From Methanosphaera stadtmanae DSM 3091 (lineage in GTDB: Archaea > Methanobacteriota > Methanobacteria > Methanobacteriales > Methanobacteriaceae), in assembly GCF_000012545.1 (NCBI RefSeq), contig NC_007681.1, positions 1,680,001-1,712,000 on the forward strand: a stretch of DNA of 32,000 nucleotides. The letters run 5' to 3'. The number at the start of each line of letters is the position of its first letter. Position 1 is the stretch's first letter. A program made the position numbers and the translations under genes. Below the pieces are notes generated by a model. It was not told the DNA's origin, made no database searches, and saw only the letters and a program-made list of their open reading frames with translations. Shown piece after piece: positions 9,458 through 17,732 of the stretch.

Positions 9458-11242
9458 ATGGAAACTAAAACTATAGTTCTAAATGATATTGATTATATAA
9501 CAAGAGATGAAAAACCAGTAATACGATTATTTGGTAGAGACTCTAAGACAAATGAAAATGTTATTGCATATGACACAACATTTAAACCATATTTATATAT
9601 TTTACCAAATAATTTAGATGAATGTCTAGTTGAACTACGCCAATTAGGTATAGATGATTTAGAATTAGAAGATAAAATAGATATTGGAGTTAAACGTGAA
9701 TATATTAAGGCAACATTAATTCATCCACAAGAAGTTCCAAAATTACGTGATATTATACGTGAACTACCTACTGTTAGAGAAATAAGAGAATATGATATAC
9801 CATTTTATAGAAGATATTTAATTGATAAACAAATAACACCAACAAATGTTATAGAAATTCATGGAAAAACCCAAGATATGGATTTTGATGTTGATGATGA
9901 TGTTATTATATTTAAATTAGAAGAAAACCCAATTGATACTAAAGAGATTGTAAATCAGAATAAAATATTAAGTTTTGATATAGAAGTTTATAATGCTGAA
10001 GGTATGCCCTCTGCTAAAAAAGATGCCATTATTATGATGAGTTTATGTGGTAATAATGGTTTTAAAAAGGTTTTATCTACAAAAAAATCAAGTAAAGATT
10101 TTGTTGAAACATTACCTACTGAAGAGGATATGTTAAAACGATTTGTTGAAATTATTAAAGAAGAAAATCCTGATATGCTTGTAGGATATAACTCTGATAA
10201 CTTTGATTTACCATATATTAAAGAAAGAGCAGATACACTTAATATTAAATTGCCTCTTGGAATTGATAAATCAAGTATTAAATTCATAAAAAGAGGATTT
10301 AATAATGCAGGCCTTATAAGAGGCCGTGTACATGTAGACTTATACCTTCTTGTAAGGCAATACATGAATTTAGATCGTTACACATTAGAACGTGTATATA
10401 AAGAATTATTTGATATTGAAAAGATAGATGTACCTGGAGATAAGATATTTGAATACTGGGATTCTGACAATGAATTATTAGAGAAATTATTTGATTATTC
10501 AATGGATGATGCTATTACAACAACAGAAATTGCAGATAAATTAACTCCCCTTACTGTTGCACAAACAAGATTAGTTGGTCAACCATTATTTGACATTGCA
10601 CGTATGACTACCGGACAAATGGTTGAATGGTATCTTATATGGAAGGCATTTGAAAAAAACAACATAATACCAAATAAACCAACTACTAATGAATATACTC
10701 AAAGAAGAAGTTCTAAAAAGGTAGCAGGAGGCTATGTTAAAGAACCTGAAAAAGGATTATTTGAACATATTGCATATCTAGATTTTAAAAGCCTATATCC
10801 TTCAGTAATTATTGCTCAAAATATCTCTCCAGATACTATAACTACTGATGATACGCTAGATGAATCAGAATATCATCTATGTCCAGAATCAGATTATAAA
10901 TTTTTAAAAGAACCAAAAGGTTTTATTCCTTCAATTATTGGTTATATTCTTGATGAAAGACAAAGAATTAAAAAATTAATGTATGAAGAAACTGTACCTG
11001 AACAGAAAAAGGCATATGACTTCGAACAACAAGGACTTAAACGTTTAGCAAATTCAATGTTCGGAGCTTATGGATATGCGCGATTTAGATGGTATAAAAA
11101 AGAATGTGCTGCTGCCATAACTGCTTGGGGAAGGGAATATATTCAAGATGCAATGAAAAAATCAGAAGAATATGGTTTTAAACCAATATATGCAGATACT
11201 GATGGATTTTATGCTACATATATTGGTAATTTAGATGATTGA
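9458..11242 (+). CDS. polB: Family-B DNA polymerase, large N-terminal fragment (exonuclease + palm through motif C) of a split PolB
   Basis: 594 aa. Exo motifs FDIEV, YNSDNFDLPY and YSMDDA. Pol motifs DFKSLYPSII-like (LDFKSLYPSVII), KxxxNSxYG (KRLANSMFGAYG) and YADTDGF 17 aa before the TGA stop. No thumb domain is present. Confidence 0.9.
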   Translation: METKTIVLNDIDYITRDEKPVIRLFGRDSKTNENVIAYDTTFKPYLYILPNNLDECLVELRQLGIDDLELEDKIDIGVKREYIKATLIHPQEVPKLRDIIRELPTVREIREYDIPFYRRYLIDKQITPTNVIEIHGKTQDMDFDVDDDVIIFKLEENPIDTKEIVNQNKILSFDIEVYNAEGMPSAKKDAIIMMSLCGNNGFKKVLSTKKSSKDFVETLPTEEDMLKRFVEIIKEENPDMLVGYNSDNFDLPYIKERADTLNIKLPLGIDKSSIKFIKRGFNNAGLIRGRVHVDLYLLVRQYMNLDRYTLERVYKELFDIEKIDVPGDKIFEYWDSDNELLEKLFDYSMDDAITTTEIADKLTPLTVAQTRLVGQPLFDIARMTTGQMVEWYLIWKAFEKNNIIPNKPTTNEYTQRRSSKKVAGGYVKEPEKGLFEHIAYLDFKSLYPSVIIAQNISPDTITTDDTLDESEYHLCPESDYKFLKEPKGFIPSIIGYILDERQRIKKLMYEETVPEQKKAYDFEQQGLKRLANSMFGAYGYARFRWYKKECAAAITAWGREYIQDAMKKSEEYGFKPIYADTDGFYATYIGNLDD

Positions 11243-11323
11243 AAAAAAATAGATAATTTATAAAATATTTATAAGTTAAAAAATACATAATAATTATTAA
11301 AAAAAATATAAAGAGTATATTTT

Positions 11324-11704
11324 ATGAAGCTTAGTCCTTTACAAACTATTGTTTTTATAGTAATATTAGCAGGAATAGCATATGGTGCATACAGTGCAAC
11401 AATAGATCAATTACCTGATGTTTCAGGTACTGTTGTTGGTAACACAACAGTTAATAACAGTACAAATCCAACAATAGGAACAGTTTACTTATATGATGAT
11501 ACAAATAATTCTTCAAATACATCAGTTATAATTAGAAAAAACACTAAAATATACAAGGAAGATAAAAATGGTAAACAAACCTCTGTAAATATGTCTAGCA
11601 TAAAAAATGGTTGTAAAATTGATGTTTATACAGTAGGTGACCCTACAAATACCATTCCACCCCAAGTAATCTCTGAAAGAATTGTTATTAAGGCTAAAAA
11701 ATAA
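11324..11704 (+). CDS. Small membrane-anchored/secreted protein, function unknown
   Basis: 126 aa. One N-terminal TM/signal segment (LQTIVFIVILAGIAYGAY). Seven N-x-S/T sequons are present. A T7 run follows the stop. Confidence 0.5.
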   Translation: MKLSPLQTIVFIVILAGIAYGAYSATIDQLPDVSGTVVGNTTVNNSTNPTIGTVYLYDDTNNSSNTSVIIRKNTKIYKEDKNGKQTSVNMSSIKNGCKIDVYTVGDPTNTIPPQVISERIVIKAKK

Positions 11705-12235
11705 ACTCCACCCTTTTTTTATTTTTATTGAAAATAATTCCATTAAATAGCTAGTTTCTAATAAAATTTCAGACTAAAAAAAAATAAATTGAAGTAGACT
11801 ACTCTACCCCATATTGAAAAAAAATTATTCATAAGTATCATATGAATATGTCATCACTTAGATGTATGTATATATAAAAAAGCTTCTATTTAAAGGGATT
11901 ATATAAAAATACCTGAATTTAAATAAAATTTATATGATTTAATATAAAAACACACAATTAATATAAATACTCTTGAATTAATTTAGAAATTTTTTAAAAT
12001 AAGAAATTAAAAATGGTTTTTTGTTATTTAATAAATACTTTTTTTTAAAATGATACTCCCCATTATTCTAAATATAATTGAATTGATTATGTTACTGTTG
12101 ATTTTTCTTGAATATTTAATTGTAATAATCTTTATTTATTATAAAAAAAAGAAGTTTAAATAGTAAAAAATATTTTTATATAAAGTATTTTATAATATAA
12201 AAAAAAATATTACTAAAATAAACAGAGTGATCCAA

Positions 12236-13261
12236 ATGAAAGACACAGTGGGAATGATACTATGTGGTGGTTTTGGAAAAAGATTAAGACCTGTAACTGA
12301 AACAGTACCTAAACCATTAGTAGAACTAAAAGAAGATTACACAATACTTGATAAACAAATATTTGACTTTAAAAGTGCAGGAGTTAATAAAGTAATATTA
12401 TTGACTGGATTCCTTGGAGAAAAAATAGAAGAACGTTATGGTAATGAATATATGGGCGTTACAATTGAATATGTTAAAGAAGAAAAACCTCTTGGAACAC
12501 TAAATGCCATACGTTTAGGAATGGAACACATGGATGATAACACACAATGTGTAATAAGAAACGGAGATGTTGTTGCAGATTTAAGTATTAAAAAAATGAT
12601 AGAAGATGGTGAAAAATCACCATTTGATTTCACAATATTTGTAACACAAATGACATCACCTTATGGTATAGTTGAATTAAGTGGAGATAAAATAGTATTA
12701 TTCAAGGAAAAACCATTACTTGATTACTATATAAATGGTGGAATATACTTTTCAAAAGGTAAGTTAGACTTCGGATCATATAAAACAGGAGATATTGAAA
12801 AAACAATATTCCCTGAATTAGCAAAAGATAAGAAACTTGGATATTATAAGGAAAATGGTTTATTTTGGATGGCAGTAGACACGTCAAAAGAATTACAGCA
12901 AGTACAAAATGAATATAAAAACAGAGAAGATAAGCCATGGGGATATGAGAAAGTACTTATATATACTGATAAATATCTTACAAAAGAATTATTTATTAAA
13001 GAAGGTTATCAGACAAGCTTCCACTATCATCCAAATAAAGATGAAACAATGTACATTGTAAGTGGAAAAGGTTACATAGAATTTGAAGACAAAAAAGAAT
13101 ATTTTGGAGCAAAGGATACTGTAAGAATAGAACCACAAACACCACATACTATTGTTGCTATAGAAAACACAGTATTACATGAAGTATCTACACCAGACTT
13201 AGATGATACAATTAGAATAAAAGATTTCTATGATTCACAAACACCTAGTGGTAAAAGATAG
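12236..13261 (+). CDS. Sugar-phosphate nucleotidyltransferase fused to a C-terminal cupin (mannose-1-P guanylyltransferase / isomerase-like)
   Basis: N-terminal [11 protein letters not shown](E)xxPKPL motif. C-terminal cupin [16 protein letters not shown]...PHT. The ORF opens at GTG 12227; ATG 12236 is preferred. Confidence 0.8.
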   Translation: MKDTVGMILCGGFGKRLRPVTETVPKPLVELKEDYTILDKQIFDFKSAGVNKVILLTGFLGEKIEERYGNEYMGVTIEYVKEEKPLGTLNAIRLGMEHMDDNTQCVIRNGDVVADLSIKKMIEDGEKSPFDFTIFVTQMTSPYGIVELSGDKIVLFKEKPLLDYYINGGIYFSKGKLDFGSYKTGDIEKTIFPELAKDKKLGYYKENGLFWMAVDTSKELQQVQNEYKNREDKPWGYEKVLIYTDKYLTKELFIKEGYQTSFHYHPNKDETMYIVSGKGYIEFEDKKEYFGAKDTVRIEPQTPHTIVAIENTVLHEVSTPDLDDTIRIKDFYDSQTPSGKR

Positions 13262-13324
13262 ATTGAATCTATCTTAAAAATTCTTTTTTACTTTTTTTAA
13301 AATTATTTATGGAGACGTGGTTTT

Positions 13325-13945
13325 ATTAGTAATATAACTATTATTGATTATGGCAGTGGAAATATAAGGAGCATATATAATGCTTTAAAACGTTTAAATG
13401 TTGAAGTAAAAGTATCTTCTGATATAAATGAAATTAAAACTTCTGATGCATTAATATTACCAGGAGTAGGTGCATTTGGTGCAGTTATGAAGAATCTTGT
13501 TAAGTATAAGGACGTTGTATATAATCATATAGATGATGATAAACCTTTACTAGGAATCTGTTTAGGATTACATATGCTTTTTTCTAGTAGTCAGGAGAGT
13601 CCTGATATTAAGGGGTTGGATATATTTAATGGTAGTGCAAAGAAATTTAACTTACCTCCAGAATATAAAATACCTCATATGGGATGGAATACTATAGAAG
13701 TAAATGATACTACTTCAAATAACACTACTCTTCTATCTGAAGCTGACAATAACTATATGTACTTTGTTCATTCATATTATATTGACCCTGAGGATAAAAA
13801 TATAATAACTGCATATACTGATTATGGTGGAAAAATTCCAGTTGCTATTGGAAAGAATAATATTCATGCACTACAATTCCATCCAGAAAAAAGTGGAAAA
13901 GCAGGATTAAATATTCTACGTAAATTTATAAACACCATAGATTAA
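13325..13945 (+). CDS. hisH: Imidazole glycerol phosphate synthase, glutamine amidotransferase subunit HisH (start codon non-canonical or gene disrupted)
   Basis: The ORF track begins at M 13487, but the same frame upstream encodes the conserved HisH N-terminus: ITIIDYGSGNIRSIYNALKRL...ALILPGVGAFG. Catalytic GICLG and QFHPEKS are present. An in-frame TAA lies at 13298-13300, and no ATG/GTG/TTG occurs before the DYGSGN motif. GGAG at 13311-13314 is followed by ATT at 13325. Confidence 0.8.
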   Translation: MSNITIIDYGSGNIRSIYNALKRLNVEVKVSSDINEIKTSDALILPGVGAFGAVMKNLVKYKDVVYNHIDDDKPLLGICLGLHMLFSSSQESPDIKGLDIFNGSAKKFNLPPEYKIPHMGWNTIEVNDTTSNNTTLLSEADNNYMYFVHSYYIDPEDKNIITAYTDYGGKIPVAIGKNNIHALQFHPEKSGKAGLNILRKFINTID

Positions 13946-14050
13946 CCACCTTTTCTTCTTATTTTTTATAATATTAGAAATTAATATAATAATAACAAAG
14001 TATGATATATAGATATAATCATACAAATTTTATGAAAATTAATAATTTTA

Positions 14051-15415
14051 GTGATGTATATGGATATTGAAGAATTTGTAAAGAAAAATATGAGACAACA
14101 AAAAGATGAAAATGAAATAATTGAAAAACTCACAACAATAATCGAATACTACAAGAATATTAACTCCAAACAAGCAAAATTATTAAGTAAAACTGTGTAT
14201 GATGAAGTAAAAACAACAGAAAACTTAGATAAAACTGAATTAAAAAAATTATTAGATTATCCAAAAACAAATATCCATATGGGCGAATTTGGTGTAGGAT
14301 CACGTGGACAAGGAGATTTCTATGTACACAATCAAATTGCCCAGATTATTAAAAATACTGACACTTCCTCCATAGTAAATCCTACAGCCCAAGATGATGG
14401 AGGAGTAGTAAAGGTAGAGGATACCTATTATATAACCACTGCAATAGATGGAATTCATTCAAGATTAAGTGATTATCCATTTCTTGCAGGATTTCATACA
14501 GCAAGAGCCACACTACGTGATGTATGTGTTATGGGCGCAAATCCTGTAGCATTAATAAGTGATATTCATCTTGCAGATGATGGAGATGTTGGAAAAATAT
14601 TAGATTATACTGCAGGAATCTGTGCAGTATCAGAATTAACACAAGTCCCACTAGTTTCTGGAAGTACCCTCCGTATTGGAGGCGATATGGTTTTAGGTGA
14701 TAGATTAGTTGGTGCTGTTGGTGCTGTTGGATCATCCAACACCTTACCCAAAGCACGTAGTAATGCAAAAGAAGGTGATTTGATTCTTATGACAGAAGGT
14801 TGTGGTGGTGGAACAATCACAACAACTTCAATATATAATAATTATCCTGAAGTCATAAAAGAAACACTTAATGTTCAGTTTATAAAAGCATCACAACTAC
14901 TAAATAACTATCCATCAGAAGATAAAATTCATGCGATGACCGATATTACAAATGGTGGAATAATTGGTGATTCTAATGAAATTAATAAAACAACAGGACT
15001 TGGAATACATTTATATAGTGAAAATATTAAAAATCTTATAAATTCAAAGGTTTATAATATGTTAGATGATTTAGATATAGATGTTCTTGGGGTTTCAGTT
15101 GATTCATTAATGATAATTGTTTCAGAAGAAGAATCAGATACTATTATTCGTTTATTAAATGAAAATAAGATTAAAACAGATGTTATTGGAAAAATAACAA
15201 ATACTGGTAAAACCTATCTTGAGGATGAATCTGGTAATATTAAACAATTAGTTCCAAAATTTAGAGAAGCTGCATATACCCCTATAAAGAAAGTTATTGA
15301 TTCAATAAATGAAGTGGACTTTGAAGAAAATAAAAAAACAATCAATCATGCTACAGTAGAATCTATTAAGAAAAAAGATGAGATTGTATCATGGATAAAA
15401 AGTAGATATGAATGA
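14051..15415 (+). CDS. PurM/AIR-synthase-superfamily protein (HypE/ThiL/SelD-like) with ~75-aa N-terminal and ~60-aa C-terminal extensions
   Basis: 454 aa. PurM-type N-domain (AQDDGGVV...TTAIDGIHS...ARATLRDVCVMGANPVAL) and C-domain (AKEGDLILMTEGCGGG...MTDITNGG). Starts at GTG 14051 or ATG 14054. Confidence 0.65.
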   Translation: MMYMDIEEFVKKNMRQQKDENEIIEKLTTIIEYYKNINSKQAKLLSKTVYDEVKTTENLDKTELKKLLDYPKTNIHMGEFGVGSRGQGDFYVHNQIAQIIKNTDTSSIVNPTAQDDGGVVKVEDTYYITTAIDGIHSRLSDYPFLAGFHTARATLRDVCVMGANPVALISDIHLADDGDVGKILDYTAGICAVSELTQVPLVSGSTLRIGGDMVLGDRLVGAVGAVGSSNTLPKARSNAKEGDLILMTEGCGGGTITTTSIYNNYPEVIKETLNVQFIKASQLLNNYPSEDKIHAMTDITNGGIIGDSNEINKTTGLGIHLYSENIKNLINSKVYNMLDDLDIDVLGVSVDSLMIIVSEEESDTIIRLLNENKIKTDVIGKITNTGKTYLEDESGNIKQLVPKFREAAYTPIKKVIDSINEVDFEENKKTINHATVESIKKKDEIVSWIKSRYE

Positions 15416-15818
15416 AAAAGGACAATTTCTATTATATGATGGAGTACTTGCAATAATTATTCTATTTATTATTATGATAGTCTGTTTTAATATTTTAGAA
15501 AAAGAAAGTACTGTATATGAATTAGATAATACTTATAAAACACCATATGAGGTATTAAATCTATTAGATACTATGCCCTATAATGATGAAAGTATTCTAT
15601 ATTCTCTAACTATGATAGATGATATTAATACTGAGTTAGAAAGTAATCTCTTAAATATAACAGAACATATTATATCAGACAATACCAGATATGAATATAT
15701 TCTAAGGGATATTACAACAGACAAACTGTTACTTAAAACATCAGATAATAAAAAAATAATATATAGTGGTAGAAAAATTGTGAATGGACATGTTTTTGAA
15801 TTAGATTTTTTAATCTAA
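15408..15818 (+). CDS. Small protein with a class III (type IV pilin-like) signal-peptide-like N-terminus; function unknown
   Basis: 136 aa. MNEKG|QFLLYDGVLAIIILFIIMIVCF is a short charged leader ending K-G, followed by a ~20-aa hydrophobic helix. The ATG overlaps the upstream stop by 8 nt. Confidence 0.45.
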   Translation: MNEKGQFLLYDGVLAIIILFIIMIVCFNILEKESTVYELDNTYKTPYEVLNLLDTMPYNDESILYSLTMIDDINTELESNLLNITEHIISDNTRYEYILRDITTDKLLLKTSDNKKIIYSGRKIVNGHVFELDFLI

Positions 15819-16364
15819 TTTCTTTATTTTATAACACTTCACTAATCTTGATATGAAGGATATTATGCCCATTATACTAGTTATAATTATGATTATATTT
15901 ACAATATAGTTACAGTTAATTATATTAGAAAATAGGACCATACCTGGTATTGCCATACATATTACTCCAAAATATTTTCCTATTTTATCAAATATTAATG
16001 ATTTATCTTTGTTATTTGCAAGTATTGATGATGTTAATATAAATTCACTAAAGACTATTATTGTTAATATTAAAAACCATGATGGTATTTTATTTACATA
16101 AACAAGCACTATGTATGATAATAATACAAATGTAATATCTGCAATAACATCTAATTTTGATCCAAAAGATGATGTGAGATTGTTTTTTCTAGCTATTTTT
16201 CCATCAAATATGTCTGTTAATGATATTATTATAAATAGAATTAATAGTATTATGCTGATTTTATTATTGTTTATATACAAATCACAAAGTCCTATACTAA
16301 ATAATATAGATAATATTATTCTTAGAAAAGATAATTTATTTGCATTGTTAAATAGATCATACAT
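15810..16364 (-). CDS. CDP-alcohol phosphatidyltransferase family protein (archaeal phospholipid head-group synthase)
   Basis: 184 aa and polytopic. The signature D-x2-DG-x2-AR-x8-G-x3-D-x3-D reads DIFDGKIARKNNLTSSFGSKLDVIAD. Confidence 0.85.
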   Translation of the reverse strand: MYDLFNNANKLSFLRIILSILFSIGLCDLYINNNKISIILLILFIIISLTDIFDGKIARKNNLTSSFGSKLDVIADITFVLLSYIVLVYVNKIPSWFLILTIIVFSEFILTSSILANNKDKSLIFDKIGKYFGVICMAIPGMVLFSNIINCNYIVNIIIIITSIMGIISFISRLVKCYKIKKLD

Positions 16365-16408
16365 GTTTTTATATTAAATTTTTATAAAAATAGTTTTTTT
16401 TTAAAAAA

Positions 16409-16551
16409 TGGGGTCACAGGGATTTGAACCCCGATCCTAGGATTTCTCTTGTCTCAGCACTCCAATCGATCATCATCGGTATGCCTCAGCATGCGCGCGT
16501 TCTTCAAAGACAACTGGAGTCCCAGATGATGCCAGGTTACACTATAACCCC
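16409..16551 (-). tRNA. tRNA-Trp: tRNA-Trp (anticodon CCA) with a 70-nt intron after position 37; CCA end not encoded
   Basis: Hand-folded. Acceptor GGGGTTA/TGACCCC, discriminator A. Anticodon stem TGGGA/TCCTA, loop CTCCAG|intron|A. T arm CGGGG-TTCAAAT-CCCTG. Exons are 16514-16551 and 16409-16443. A T-run follows the 3' end. Confidence 0.9.
16444..16513 (-). ncRNA. Box C/D guide RNA embedded in the tRNA-Trp intron
   Basis: Intron: TTGTC-TT-TGAAGA(C, degenerate)-ACGCGCGCATG-CTGA(D')-GGCATACCG-ATGATGA(C')-TCGATTGGAGTG-CTGA(D)-GACAA-GAGAA. The terminal 5-bp stem is TTGTC/GACAA. Guide spacers are 11 and 12 nt. Confidence 0.75.
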
Positions 16552-16673
16552 ATATGTGCTATTTAAGTGTTAAGACTCAAACGAGTTTTTAGGATTATTT
16601 ATAATTATATAAAAAGTATTATATATAGTTTTAGGTTATAAATCATTAAAAAAATTGAAAAAAGAGTTCTATT

Positions 16674-17141
16674 TTATATATTAACTTCTTCATATACCAA
16701 ATCTATAGCTTTGGACATACCTTCTTTTACACTATCACATAATCCATATTCTACAAATGGTGATGATACTTTTTCAGGTTGACATGCAATAACAACTATT
16801 TCAACATCATCTAATTCATCTAATGGATCTACAACAGATATTGAATGGGGATCCTGATATTTTCCTACAGGCATTTCATCTTTTGATAAGATTTTAATAT
16901 CTCCTGGTTTTCCACCAAAGTTTGCAATATCAAGTATGATTATTTTCTTCCACATTGGATTTGGTAATGAAAAAAGATAGTGGGGTGCACTTGTACCTGC
17001 ATCAATTGTCATTACATTATCAGGTAATGGTCTTTCTTTGAGATGTTTCTCAATTTCATCTATTGTAGCTGGTCCAAATCCATCATCTTTAAATAGAACA
17101 TTTCCACATCCTACTACTAGTACTTCTGCATCGTATGTCAA
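16674..17141 (-). CDS. Hydrogenase maturation endopeptidase (FrhD/HyaD/HycI family)
   Basis: 155 aa. N-terminal LVVGCGNVLFKDDGFG motif, IILDIA, and a later DPHS histidine. Confidence 0.8.
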   Translation of the reverse strand: MTYDAEVLVVGCGNVLFKDDGFGPATIDEIEKHLKERPLPDNVMTIDAGTSAPHYLFSLPNPMWKKIIILDIANFGGKPGDIKILSKDEMPVGKYQDPHSISVVDPLDELDDVEIVVIACQPEKVSSPFVEYGLCDSVKEGMSKAIDLVYEEVNI

Positions 17142-17232
17142 AATAAAATCTCCATAATTTATTATCTTTATTATTTTTTCTATATTTATAGTGTTATTTA
17201 TATTAATAATAGTATATGATTATTTTTAAAAA

Positions 17233-17622
17233 TTATTTAGGAATATAACATGTAATTTTCATTCTTTCCATTTCTTTACTTAATGGCTCTTGCAAATCAC
17301 TTCTATACCATGCAAGTTCAAGTTTATTTGTAAGTGGATTTTTATATAATGCATAACCTTCTCTTTTATCAGCTAATAATAAAATCCATATATCTGGACC
17401 AACACTTGTTTTATATATTTTACAGTAAAATACATGTTTTTCATCATCATCAGAAAAACAAATATAGGCATTATTAATAGAAAGTGTTTCTTTAGGATGT
17501 AACAATCCTTGCACCTTTTCTTTATATGGGCTAAGTAATAATTCTAGTCTATCTAATGAAATATTAACATATTCATCATCATTTAAAAATAAATCTACTT
17601 TAATTTCATTACTAATAATCAT
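17233..17622 (-). CDS. Hypothetical protein (129 aa), no recognisable motif
   Basis: Long ORF with GGAGGT 8 nt upstream of the ATG and a TTTATAAATA TATA-like box at 17678-17687. No family recognised. Confidence 0.5.
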   Translation of the reverse strand: MIISNEIKVDLFLNDDEYVNISLDRLELLLSPYKEKVQGLLHPKETLSINNAYICFSDDDEKHVFYCKIYKTSVGPDIWILLLADKREGYALYKNPLTNKLELAWYRSDLQEPLSKEMERMKITCYIPK

Positions 17623-17732
17623 GACTATACCTCCACAACATTAGTGTTAATATATGTGTTAAAATAATTATTATGTTTATTTATAAATTTCAAAAAAAAG
17701 ATATTGAAAAAGAAGGGGTTGAATGGATGAGA

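Noticed and set aside
11240-11262. Possibility that the polB TGA is a read-through, selenocysteine or frameshift site joining to a downstream thumb domain
   Set aside because: The in-frame continuation hits TAA after 6 codons, and the other frames also close quickly. The next gene is unrelated. A split gene is the known state in Methanobacteriales.
8123-12938. Antisense/overlapping ORFs 8123-8368, 9988-10365, 10314-10502, 11522-11743, 12436-12633 and 12702-12938
   Set aside because: Each is nested in, or mostly overlaps, a CDS with clear family motifs on the other strand (MBL hydrolase, polB, nucleotidyltransferase). Their composition is typical of AT-rich shadow frames.
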